DNA of 64,000 nt, taken from positions 4,898,001-4,962,000 of the forward strand of contig OZ260666.1 in NCBI GenBank assembly GCA_965285935.1. Direction: 5' to 3'. Shown in pieces: positions 26,701 through 39,600 of the stretch. Under the pieces are notes generated by a model, which searched no databases, was not told where the DNA came from, and saw nothing but the letters and a program-made list of their open reading frames with translations. Origin of the DNA: Ophelia neglecta (taxonomy: Eukaryota). Numbering within the stretch: position 1 is the stretch's first letter; every line of letters begins with the position of its first letter. The translations under genes and the position numbers were made by a program.

Positions 26701-29427
26701 AAATGCACAACTTGCACAAATAATTTAGCAATAATAGCGCTGTGGCCATAGTAACACTTTACAATCAACCTAGTTGCTGGTTGCCAACTGCAGTGATTCT
26801 TTTTAAATGGCTTCTCTATACATGAAGGGTTGCGATGGCCTTGCTTACTAGAACAGCAACTGAAGTTAATTCAGCCAGCATCTATTCCCAATGAACAGTA
26901 ATTTCTTTTATACTAAAACTTGGCAGAATATTCAAATGCATGATACTCAAGGCCTAACAAATTATAATATGAAGAAAACGACATCCACTTGTTTAAAATG
27001 TCACCCAATTACCATTCTTCCTAAGATGTACAGTAACTAGTTCGCTTCCAATGTCAATCAAAGAAAATTAATTAATTTGCCGTCTTGCAGAACAAGTTAA
27101 ACCCCTAGTATTGTATAGACCCTGCATTATAATTGCATACCACCAGGCTTCAAAACTGTTATATCATCACAATTGCCGCAAAGCAAACCTATTACTGTCC
27201 GGTAGGATGCAGTGGATTGCTTTATTAACCTTTTGTAAACAACTTATTGATAAGTTACTTCCGATATTCTCATTATTTATTAAATACATGTTACATGAAA
27301 ATGTGTTTCAATTGACACTTTAAGTATCACCAGGAGTCGTTTAAGGGCCTATAGCTGTGGATGGGCGCGGTATGAATCAATAAAATAATAAAAATAATAA
27401 TAATAATCTCTTTTGTGTCAGACGGATGTATAAATTGTAATCTTAACTGAAACCGATAGATTAGTAACAAAGAGTAATGTTAATTGGGTCTCTGCCAGGC
27501 CAAGTCTGGCGACGTTAAAGTGCTAAAATATGGCAGCTTGCCATGAAATCTAAGGCTACTGTATGTCTGTATTAGTTTTGTGGCATATTGCAGCCCAAGT
27601 TTTACTCTCCATAGATGAAGAGAAGGCATACCTCCATCTCCAAACTGTTCTTGGGGGATGTGCGATATGCCCCAAAGCATATGCGAAGGGCCGGATTAAT
27701 AATAAGGTCTAGCATTTTGTAAGTAGTTTTGGGGAGAAGCCTTAAATGATACAATCAGAATCGAGTTTTGATCTAACAAGGTTCTGGTACAGACATACCA
27801 GAACCTTGTGATCGGCGCCCCAAGCCATGCTAGACACGTTTGTCTTGTCATGGATCAGTCCTAAAAATTTGAATGGTTCAACTGCAATCTGTGATCTACT
27901 GGTGAACCGTCAAAACCAAACAATTTTATTGGAATATTATGCCTACATAACTAATATCGACTGTCTTTCTGTCAAACCAAGCAATCTGCCATATCCCGCA
28001 CCACCAGATTGAGCTCATCCCTGTCTCCGGAATACCCCCCCCCCCTCGCCCCCTTCCTCTCCCTTTCTCCCATTCACAGCCTCTGGCTCCAGTGAGCTAT
28101 CCAATCCCTAACCATTTCCGTCTTAAGACTTTATTCTATATGAACTGAGTCCCATTATTGGTGACAGAAATCATGCTTAAGCATTGAAAAATATTTCACA
28201 TTATGTCCCCCTTAAGTTGTTTTTTATATAGATTAGATCGATAAATATAAAGTTCTCTAGACTCGTTTGCTTATGAATTAAACGTACTAAATAATAAATG
28301 TGAATCTTTCATTCAAACCACACACTTTGATAGTTGAAAACATATCAGCATTAAATGCCTGAATTGACGCTTGTGCATGATCGATGCTGAGGTGGCATAA
28401 ACAGCCGGGGTAATTAATACGCGAAAAGGTAACGCCATGTCCTTGTTTCTGTTCGTACCAGTGTACTGTATGCAGTAGAGGACACTCTTAGTATACTATA
28501 TAGCTAAATAGGATAGTTATTTCTACTGTACAACTCCTTGCAAGCGTATCGCCGAATAAACATGGCATGGCCTTCAGTATGATATCATTGGCGAATACAC
28601 TTACGATACCATACACAGTTACTTTAGCCGTGCTCCACAATGGGCTCACTTCAAAGTCCGACAATATATCATATCATGATATGCATGTATAGTGGAATAG
28701 TTAACTTAAATTTAAAAGTTAGTTTATTTGACCAAGGAACATAGAATGTGCTTACAAACCATGCAGAATCTAAACTTATATTCGGCTTGTACTGCCTACA
28801 TGCCTACATGTTATACTACAAAAAATGTTGATAACATGATATTGAGGAATAAACAATTTCATTGATAGTTTGTCGATTTTTGAGTAGGAAGGAACATGTC
28901 ATTTTATCGGAACATATAATATGATACAAAAAATTTAATGTTTTTTACATGTCTATGTTTCAACTATTCATAAATTCAATAGCAGGAGATATCTCATAGG
29001 ACATTATCAACAGTAATTGACCAAAATAATCGGAATAACAGATTATTCTCAAAGATTACATAAATTATTTCAGACTAATCGGAAGAGCATAAAGTTATTT
29101 TTTTTTAGATAGAAAATAATGAAATAATACTTTAATACTAAGCTAGGAATATTTGATATATATTCCCCTGTCAGGATGATTCACACTAAGGTTTAACATT
29201 AAACCGCTACCACTGTGCTTAACGGGGGGTAGATATGTAATTTGGATATAGATGCATTTCTTGCAAGTAAGCCCTATCATCATGCCATCCACGTCGCCCC
29301 TGCTCTATTTCTCGAAAGAGAGCTGCATGGTACATGTATTTGCGAACAGATGGCCAGTATTCCTTAAATGTCTCTGCATCCCTGCTGAGGGAATCATGGT
29401 GGGATAATTGTGTACAAGCGCCCCATC

Positions 29428-30137
29428 TTCTTATGAAGCGCACATATCCAGTTAAAACAACTGCTCAAGGCGCTGTCCAATATAAAGAAATGGCACAATA
29501 AGTTAAGGTGTACATTTATCACAATGCAAAGATCAATTGGCACAATAAGGCAATTTTTTAAGTATTTAATACACCATTAAAATCAAAGTTGCCAATATAT
29601 TAAGACTTTGATAAAAAATTAAAAAGAAACAAAAAGTCAATCAAAAGCTAATTTAAAATAATGGGTTTTAAGTTTGATTTTAAAAGAGTTTACTGTGGAA
29701 GCTGCTTTTGTCTCCTCTGGAAGGGCATTCCACAGAACCGGTGCTACATGAGAGAACCGTCTCTCACCATATAAGCATGTACGCACATTTGGTACAACCA
29801 ACAAGTTTTTATTTTTCGAGCGAAGACACCTCACTGAACAATAAGGGATTAACAGTTCCGCCAGATAGGCTGGTGCCAAACCATTCATCACCTTATAGGT
29901 TAGTAGGCAGATTTTGAAATGGATTCTGTAAACCACAGGCAACCAATGAAGCTGTCTAAGCACTGGAGTTATATGAGCTCGATAGTGAGTACTTGTGATC
30001 ATCCTGGCAGCAGCATTCAACACCCGCTGCAGTCTGTGAGTAGCATTGCCAGGCAAACCTGCATACAGAGAGTTCATGCCGTCAATCTTAGAAGTGACAA
30101 AGGCATGTACAATTGTGATAACAGCTTCTTGTGACAC
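29428..30137 (-). mobile_element. 5'-truncated L2 LINE 3' end (different subfamily), head-to-head with the long copy
   Basis: ORF 30137-29637 (HAFVTSKID..LQRVLNAAAR..LHWLP..WNALP..LKTHYF), then 3' UTR ending in the L2-type GCGCCTTGAGC...GTGCGCTTCATAAGAA tail. Confidence 0.88.
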
Positions 30138-30139
30138 AT

Positions 30140-33100
30140 TGTTCAGCTCAAGCTATGTCAGGTCCACAATGGTCGTTCTCCTGTGATAATTATGTGTTGC
30201 TAACCAACAATTACCTACAGCTACAGTCGTGAACAACTGGTTAGTATCAACAAAACAACTGCTACTGGACCCCTGGACAATGCACTGTTTTCACAGCTCA
30301 GGAGGACTGGCATAGCCTGCAAACCAGTCACTTTGCGAGGCCTAAGAGCTGGCAAAGACAAGGCTAGGAAATAAAAAAAACCAATAGTAAGTAGGAAATG
30401 TATTGTGAATGACTTCGAACAGAACATTGCACAACAATCAGCTATTAGGTGGTCTAACCTCGTTCAGGTCACCCCAGATCACACAACGGAGATACCAGTT
30501 GTTGTTGGACATCGCACACAATCAACTATAAATTCTGCAAGAACACATTTATGCTTGCGAAGAATAAACACTGAAAGCAGAAGAATAAACACCCCCTACT
30601 CCCCCTCTCTGTCGATAAAATATATCAACGCAGGATCAGTGAAGAATAAGGCCGACCAGCTAAATGACTTTGTCACTTGAAACAATATTGACATCCTGGC
30701 AGTGGCTGAAACCTGGTTGCGACCTGATGACACTGACGCTGTCACCCTCGGTGCCTTAATACCTAGGGGATATGATATCTACCATGTGGCCAGAGAATCC
30801 GGCTATGGAGGAGTAGCAATCCTGTATAAGAAAAAATTTGAACTTAAGAAAAATGAGCATCAAAGTTATTAAACATTTGAATGCTTAGACGTGACACTCA
30901 ACAGCACCTGCAACCCACTTGTCTGTTGTGTACCGCCCACCACCCTCAGCAAGAAACCAATCCTCAATCCCAAGGTTTATGGAAGAGTTCGGAGAACTCT
31001 TGGGAAAAAAGGTCATACAGCGAGGACATATTGTCATTGTTGGAGATTTTAATTTCCATATTAATAATATAAGTGACAGGAATGCATCTATTTTCCTGGA
31101 TTTGACTCAATCCTTTGGACTTCAACAGCATATATCTACACCTACCCATATTGGTGGGAACACACTGAACCTTGTTTTTACCAGAGGCCACGACGATATT
31201 GTTCAGAATGTGGAGGTTTTTGATTTCTGCATATCATTTTTCCATCTCAATGAACATTGCCGCCAAAAAGCCTGGGATCCTTCGTCAGGCCATTACGTTC
31301 CGGAAAATCAAAAGTATTTCTAGGGATGAATTCAAAGCTGACCTTAGAAAGTCATCCCTCGCCACCAACCCTTCTGATGATATCGAGGCTTTGTCAAATG
31401 AATATAAGTCCATTATAAGCAACATCATTAATAAACATGCTCCCCTGCAGAAAAAGTCAGTTACCATCAGACCCGTCACTGAGTGGTACAACGAGGACAT
31501 TATGCAAGCCAAGTCTGCCAGGAGAAAGCGCGAACGTGTGTGGCGGAAAAGCAAATGTCCTGCTGACAGAGACGAGTTTAAGGTACAGTCAGAAATTGTC
31601 AACAACATTATTGTAAACGCAAAGTCATCATTTTTCCAGAAAACAATTCAGGAGAATAATGGTGACCAAAAAACTATTTTCAGAGTGGTAGATCGCCTCC
31701 TTAACAGAAAAAAAGGAGACTTCCCTCCCTTCACACCACTCCTCGTCGCTTTTAGCTGACCGCTTTGTGGAGTTCTCGTCGGGAAAGATCTCCAAGATCA
31801 GAATTGATTTAGACAGTCTCACATCAAGCACAAGCTGTGACAGCCATGTACTACATTTTAGTGGCCAACCTCTTTCGGACTTTCTTCCTGCTAGTTAAGA
31901 GGAAGTCAGTGCCATAGTGCGGAACTCTCCCACAAAATCTTGTGAAATCGACCCACTACCTACATGGCTACTGAAAGAATGCCTTGATGAACTCCTACCT
32001 AGCATAACCAGGATCATAAATTTGTCCCTAGAACCCGAAATTGTACCACAATCTTTCAAACAAGCCACAGTTCGGCCACTTTTAAAGAAGTATGGTCTTA
32101 ACGTTGAACAGCTTGGCAATTTCCGCCCAGTGTCAAACCTTTCATATTTATCTAAACTCGTAGAAAAAGTTTTAGCCAGCAGACTGGCAGATCATATGTG
32201 CCTTCATTCATTATATTGTCCTAATCAATCAGCATACAGGAAAGGACACAGTGTGGAGGTAGCATTGCCAAGAGTGCATAACGACATTCTTAGTGCGTTC
32301 GATAAACAACAGGGAGTCGTCTTGGTTCTGCTTGATTTGTCGGCCGCATTCGACACTGTTGACCATGATCTTCTCTTCTCTTGACTTAGGACCAACATTG
32401 GTGTCCAGGGTACTACCGGTGGCTAATGTCCTACTTATCCGACAGGACACAATCTGTTTGTGTAAACGGGGTGCACTAGGAGTGTCACAAACTCCAGTTT
32501 GGAGTTCGACAAGGAAATGTCCTCGGACCGATTTTGTTTTCTATGTATACATCTCCCCTTGGACAACTGCTCTCTAAAAAGAACATCAACCATCACTTAT
32601 ATGCTGATGATACCCAGCTCTACATCACGTTCAGCGCAAAACTGCAAGGTGACTTTTCAAATGCCAGGTCACAAATCGAGTCTTGTATTGCCGACGTGAG
32701 AATTCGGATGGCCAACTCCTTCCTTAAGCTAAATGACGCAAACAAACTGAGTTTTTGTCCCTTTAACCACATCGCCTCTCGTCAATTGTTGATACTGGGC
32801 CTCTCACAATAGGTTCAAGTCAAATACAGCCTGCTGCATCAGCCAGAAATATAGTTGTCTTCTTTGATGAACATATGTCCCTAGAGGCACACATTACCCA
32901 TGTCTGCAAAAATGCCTTTTACCATCTGCATAACATGGTGAAGATTAAGAAATTTCTCTCTACAGAAGCACTGCATACCATCATACATGCTTTTGTGACC
33001 TCCAGATTGGATTCGACGAATTCTCTGTACATAAACCTACCGGATCGCCTCACCACAAAGCTTCAGCGAGTACAGAATGCCTGCGCTAGACTCGTTAGTA

Positions 33101-33480
33101 GCACTCGCATCCGGGATCACATCACAAAGGTGTTCTTCCAATTGCATTGGTTACCGATCAAACACCGAATACAGTTCAAAACGTGCCTGCTGACATTTAA
33201 GGCCATCCATTGACTAACGCCTGGATATATCTCAGACCTTATTGTGCCATATACACCCCAAAGGAATCTGCGCTCAGGTTCTAGTCCATCCCTTGTTGTT
33301 CCCAGGGCAAACACAAAGACATACGGCGAGCGTGGTTTCTCTTACGCCGCTCCCACCCTTTGGAACGCGCTACCATTACACGTCAGAAATAGTCGGAATG
33401 TGACTTCTTTTCAAACTGCCCTTAAAACTCACCTTTTTATCAGTGCATATGACCTCCATGTAGAATGACACTTATGATTA
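30140..33480 (+). mobile_element. Near full-length, degraded L2-clade LINE (endonuclease + reverse transcriptase)
   Basis: N-terminal YSREQL..RGLRAG leader; EN motifs AETWL, VYRPP, VGDFN, PTHIGGNTL; RT motifs [49 protein letters not shown]; C-terminal LHWLP..WNALP..LKTHLF. Several frameshifts and stops. Confidence 0.93.
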
Positions 33481-33699
33481 TAACTTATGATTATATATAG
33501 ACTATTTTATAATAGTATTCTTAAATTAATCTATAATGTTTTAAACCTTATGTTCATTTGTGTAACTTGCCAACCCCCCCCCCCCCCCACCCGTCCCACC
33601 ACCCACCCGCCCCCAGGACCATACCTACTTTACACCCATCGCTCAGATTCAAGCGTCGGTATGCAATCACTGAAAACCCACTTATTTGGTCGCATTTGA

Positions 33700-36600
33700 T
33701 TGGGTAATTAATTTGATGATAGACCCTTGGCCTGTCACAGTACTACATTGTGTGTACACAGCATTGTCACACAACACACGGAGCAGTTTATACGAGGACT
33801 GTATTCACAGGAGAGAGAAATCCGGGATATTGAACACAGGTAATAATATTTGGTATTGGTTCTATAGCGCATGTAGATATGTAGAGCACTCAGAAACTAG
33901 TATGATAATGGTGAACAGGCTTACAGAATATATTTTTGAATTTATATTTAGGTGACACGAGTCTTCACAAATTTGCAGTATATAAGACGCACATTGTAAT
34001 ACATAATATGCCTCTTGAGAAAGATGGGTAATTGAATACGAAAATGTTCTTTATGAGGCTACTTGTATTAGCCTATAAGTATGGTAAGACACTATATATA
34101 TTCAGCGTACGTGGACCATACTCTTCGTTACCGCCACGACCGATGACTCACAAATAAAGTCCGCACTACTTTTACTATCACTATCATGGTCGGAAGAGGG
34201 GGTGTGTGTGTGTTTGTGGGGGGGGGGGGGGGTTGTCAATACGAAGATGTCCAGGCAAATGTTTATTGCAGGTGTAAAAAGGTTTTTTTATGCGATTCGA
34301 CGGTGGTTGGCAGAAGAAGGAAGGCGTGGTGCTTAGGATCATTGAGGGCAGCTGATGAGCGGATGTCGTTATGTGGTTTGATGGACGATGGAGAAAAATA
34401 GTACATATTTTCGGGTTGGTTCAAAAGGTTCTGTGCAGAATCTAATCCAGGCCCATCATCAAGTATACAGATCTGAGGTGCATGAGTCGTATGAAGGATA
34501 TTAAGGTCATTTATATTATGATAATAAGGTCATTTTTCTGGGCCACATTTTTACACTACTTGAGTTACCTTGAGACATTTAAAGCCACTTAAACCACTTA
34601 GGCCATTTTGGGTTAGTCTTTTGTAACTCAGGCCTTATTTTATTTCAATTACGACCTAACTAACAAAATCCATGATACCTCTTAGCAAGAGATGTTTATA
34701 GGTATTTTGGTCTCAACAGGAATGCTCTTATGAAAAAACCTATATCAGTTGACAATTTTTGTACCGGCTAGCTACTATCGCCTTACTAAACGCCTTACTA
34801 CTTACAAAATGGTTCACATAGCCTCCCTTTGTATAGTTTTCAAGCACTTCGGTAATCTTATCAGTTTTGAAAACACTTTGTCATCAAGTACATGTATCTA
34901 AAACACAATAATCTTCAGGAGTCTCGTGAGTGTATGCTTGCTGAAGGGTAGCAACACTAAGGCCCACACGGTTACCAGTGCGTCATCTGTACTTTGATAT
35001 CATTGACTTAAATACGCGCCTTGCATCGTCACCGCCAAGCCTTCGCTCATTGCCATATGTAGTTATACTGATATACGCAGCCACATGAACTAATAATTAT
35101 TTATCATTTATTTAGACATTTTGTGCTACAGCTATATTTAGATCAATTTATCTTTCGCATGAATCCAAACATAATTCGCCTCCATTATCAACATGTTTAC
35201 TTTCTTCGTATTTTATTATTAAACCAGTTCAGAAAAACATATACTGTTAATTTTCTTACTCTTCCGCATGCCAATTTTGCTGACATAATAATTAACGAAG
35301 CCTCGGCTTTCGTTTCGTTTCCATTCTATTTTTGTCTCATCCAAGATACCGCCCAACAGCCCCAGGACTCGCAATGCAAGTGCCCCCCCTCTCCCTCCCC
35401 CGAAACACACACACCTACTATCTACCTGATTCTGATGGTTGATACTACTTTAATCAAATCCCGTTGTAAATTCATCTATATCCGGGCTTTGTAATCACGT
35501 TTATTTCATTACAGCCCAACATTGTGTTTGTCTCGATTTAAGCGGGTTGCTTAACTTATATATTTAAGCTTATCCGCCCCATGTCCATTATTAAGACACT
35601 GTGTACCGCAGATGAATCATATTTACCATCCGAATTATCTACGTGATAAGAGTCACTGTGTGTTTTACTATTAAAGGCCCAAAATATAGCTGCCTTAACA
35701 ACTCATTCGTCCGTGATTGTTAATTTTTATCTCAAAGCCATTCACAAGTGAACGACATGTGTGTTTAATATTGAAAAAGAAGATCACAGCCCCCTTTTAG
35801 GGCATCAGCTAGTAGGCTTTGTGGAGTGTGATTGATACAATGCAGTCATAAGCTCCCTAAGGCAAGGATCAATCTCTAGTCGTTAATGTTTGGTATTTTG
35901 TGCTTTAACAGTTGTATTTGGATTTTTTACTTGCAGAAAGCAATCGTTTGCTGTATTAGAGCACTGAAAGATATACGTCAAACAGATCATAAACGTATTG
36001 CAGCCTCTTCCATTAAGCCGGAGCATGGTTAACTTCTACTATTTGACAGGTTATTCTTTTTTTCAACTTTTTTCCAATGAAAACACTAAAATAAATACTT
36101 GAGCATAGAATCCTTTTTGTGTAAAAAAAACTACACTGCCTTTGAGAGATCAATTCCAAGGGTCAGAGGGCTAGGCTATGTGTATATGTGTATATTGTTA
36201 CAAGCTTATTTTGTCGCTAGGGAACAGGACCCTGTGTATGGAAGCGATCTTACGTTTAGTGATTAGATTAGCCTGGAGCCGATTAGCTGAAACCACGTTA
36301 TTGGATGTCCCATTGTCCAGGATTACGTTTAAGAACAAAATGCTTAGATTAAAGAGCGAATCCAGCCTCAAGATTTCTTTAAGCACATTGATGAATGATG
36401 CTACAAGGGCAATCATGATGAGAACACCGAAGAATGCGCAATCTTATTAATTAATAATATAATATGACAGTTTATTTTGAATTATTTATGCAAATTGGAC
36501 ATTTTGACACTGGACTCTATTTAAGTGAATAAATTAGGAGGAGGTATTATCTTATCAACGGGCATATTATAGCGTGATTTGGGTTGCACTGGATACATAG

Positions 36601-39600
36601 TTCTTTTAGGCTCTAAGTATTCCTTCGATATTGGGGCTTCAAGGCTTTTCCATAAAACGCACTGTCAATTTGAAGAAAATGATCCTATCTAATTGGATTT
36701 TGAAGGTTTGTCCAGGCCCAGAAATCGTTTAACTGGACAAATGCAATAACAATAAGGCTTGACTCAGAAAATAACGAAAAGAAAGAAAGAAAGAAAGAAA
36801 GTTGCTAACTGAAACGTTTTGCTCCATGTATAGAATCAATTACTCCTCACGATATTTTCCACACAGCGATTTTTCGGTAACAGTTTAGCTCGTGAGTGTT
36901 GTGAGATTGGGAACTGCGCTGTGAACACATGTTTGGGCCACAGGTCAATACAAGAACAGCAAGTTGGTGTTATGAGGCGATATCATTCAATCATAAGCAT
37001 AGGAAAAGATTGTGTGACACAGCCGATAAATAAGAGGAGCTTTATAAATTCAACATATTTAAGAAAAGGCTAAAATCAAATTATTTCATTTTTGATGCGC
37101 AAATAGTAGTTAATTAAACAATAAATTGATCATTAAATTAATGATCCCAGCAAATTTGGGAGGTTAAACGTTGAAGAAATGGAAAGAGACATCAAGTGTC
37201 AGGGCCCCTAATTTCAAACAAATGTCGACTTTCTAAACCATGTACATTAAATCAGTAAGAACTCCTTCGGGAGTACTCGGACCATCGCGTTGCTAAGAAT
37301 AACCTTGATTGGTAAGTTCATCGCCAGTTGTTAAGCCATAGATGAAAGGCATTTGCGTTTGACATTCAAAGTGAATGCCAGTGTGACTATAAAGGATTCC
37401 ATCGCATGGGTGTCATTGATTTGATACATTCATAAGTTCACTGCCCATGAATAAGGAAAACATAACAAATTTGATTCTCATGAGTTAATTTTGTTTTAAG
37501 ACTTGGTAAATGTTTATTTTTAGTTGCAGATCACACGCATGCTGTGAGGTAAGATAAAGAGAGACACGTCCACCCTCCACAAAGACTAAGCTCCATATTG
37601 AACAAAATGGTCCTTACTACTCCAGGCATACTCTCATTTATAACTGTATTGCTGATTATATCAGTCGTGCAGTATGCTAGAGTCTGCAAGGCACAGGATC
37701 GTAAGTGATCTTTCTCCACTTGCACCGCTTTTTCCTTTTGTTCGGTTTCCTTACCGATTTAGGGACTGAATTCCTACTAAATATGATTATATCATTCTTA
37801 TGTATGATTTTTGTACTTCATTATGCCCCAACTAGCTATTGTGGTTTGAGTGTGATATCCATCCAAGGCGGTGCGAATATTGCTATCAATAAAATGAACC
37901 CCACTGCGTATTATAAATAATAACGTTTTATTTATACATTTCTGTGTTTTAATCAATATATAATTATATTCACTTCTGGTTCTGTTTAATAACTTCCGGG
38001 ATGCAAAGTACCGCCAGTAACTGTTATACGAGGTTACACCTTGTATTCGTATCCACACCGTAGCTGTTATTTGCTCAAAACGTCTTTAGGACATATTTTT
38101 CTAGTGTAAAGCAAGCAACCGTAAAGGGCGTTCGCTAAAGTAGCACAATGAATGTCATTTAATTTTAATCAACATGCTGAGCTTTTTAGATCATGAAATA
38201 AACAATCCTATGCCTTGCTCGATATACGACAAAATTACTAATTTCGCACTCAGACAAACTATTGTTGAAAATTCAGCAATCAGGTTTAAAAAACAGTGTT
38301 TCCTTATTGGATGGCATAGTGAAATGAGTGATTTTGAACTCGTAGCTTCTTACAGATTTCATCCAATTATAATCACAAAATAAACTTTATTAACGGATAT
38401 AGTCCCTGACTGATATCATTTATGCTGATATTAAGCACCAAGCATCTGTAAATAGATGAACTGTTATTTGCGAGTTGATAATTGGAGTAGAATATACAAT
38501 CATTTAAGGCTTTATTCTTGTTTCTTCGTTCCGTTCTAGCATGGCTCCTGCGACCAGGAACTGTACACGTATGTGAAGGAGATACCGGCCGACTGATCTG
38601 GAACTACAACCATAGTATAGGAAAGTTTGATAGAGTACAGTTCAATTTTGATCCACCAGAATGGAAGTTCCTCCTTGTGCTGAGCAAGCAAGATCTAAAA
38701 TCAATCGACCGCGTTCATATGATTGAGAACAGCACCTACGGTATCGAATTGGACAATGTAACTTTATCAGATAATGGGACATATGGCATCGAAATTTATT
38801 TAGACGATGGGCTCGTTAAAAAAGTGATAGATGACAAATGTGAAATGCGTGTGTTGAAATCCTCAGGTAAAACCAACGTTGGCAGTGTAATTGGTAATTT
38901 TATATTGTCGTTCTCTGCTTAATTGTTATGCTTGATATGGATTTGATAGTGAAATAGTGAAATGACAATAGAACAATAGAACAAAAAACCGTTACATATT
39001 TTCTTTTTCTCAACAACCTACAAAAACTCTTGCGAATATCTGAATGTTGATTAGAGTGTTCTGTCTTTTTCAGCATGCCCAGATCGGGACAAATATCTGC
39101 GACCAGCCATCTCCTTCAATCAAGTGTTTGGCGAATCCAACAATGTGATTAGTATACGTGATAAAACGCTAGAGCTTCTCAAACCAGGAAATGTACGATT
39201 GACTGTACCAATTCCTGCTGCCGAACCTCCGGTGACGTGTACCTTATCAACAGGCCAGAAACACCACACCTGTCCTGAAAAATCAGACCAAGATTACAAC
39301 TGTGAGAAAGTATTTCATTTTGGTGATATGCTGCAGCAAGATGTCGAAATTACTCTGTCGTTCGTTGCTTTAGAAACCAGTATAACTACAATACACGTTT
39401 ACAACAAAGGTTTGTGCACCCTTTGATAGTAACATGTTTTGTACGCTAGGTCGGTCTAGGCTTAACCTTTGACAAAAGGATAAGCTTTGATATCGACACT
39501 AGTTTTCAGACAAATGTGGCTTGATTACCCCTGTCACTCCAAGCAGTTCGCAGCTAAATTATAACACTGGACCAGTGCTTAGAATACATGGTTATAATAG

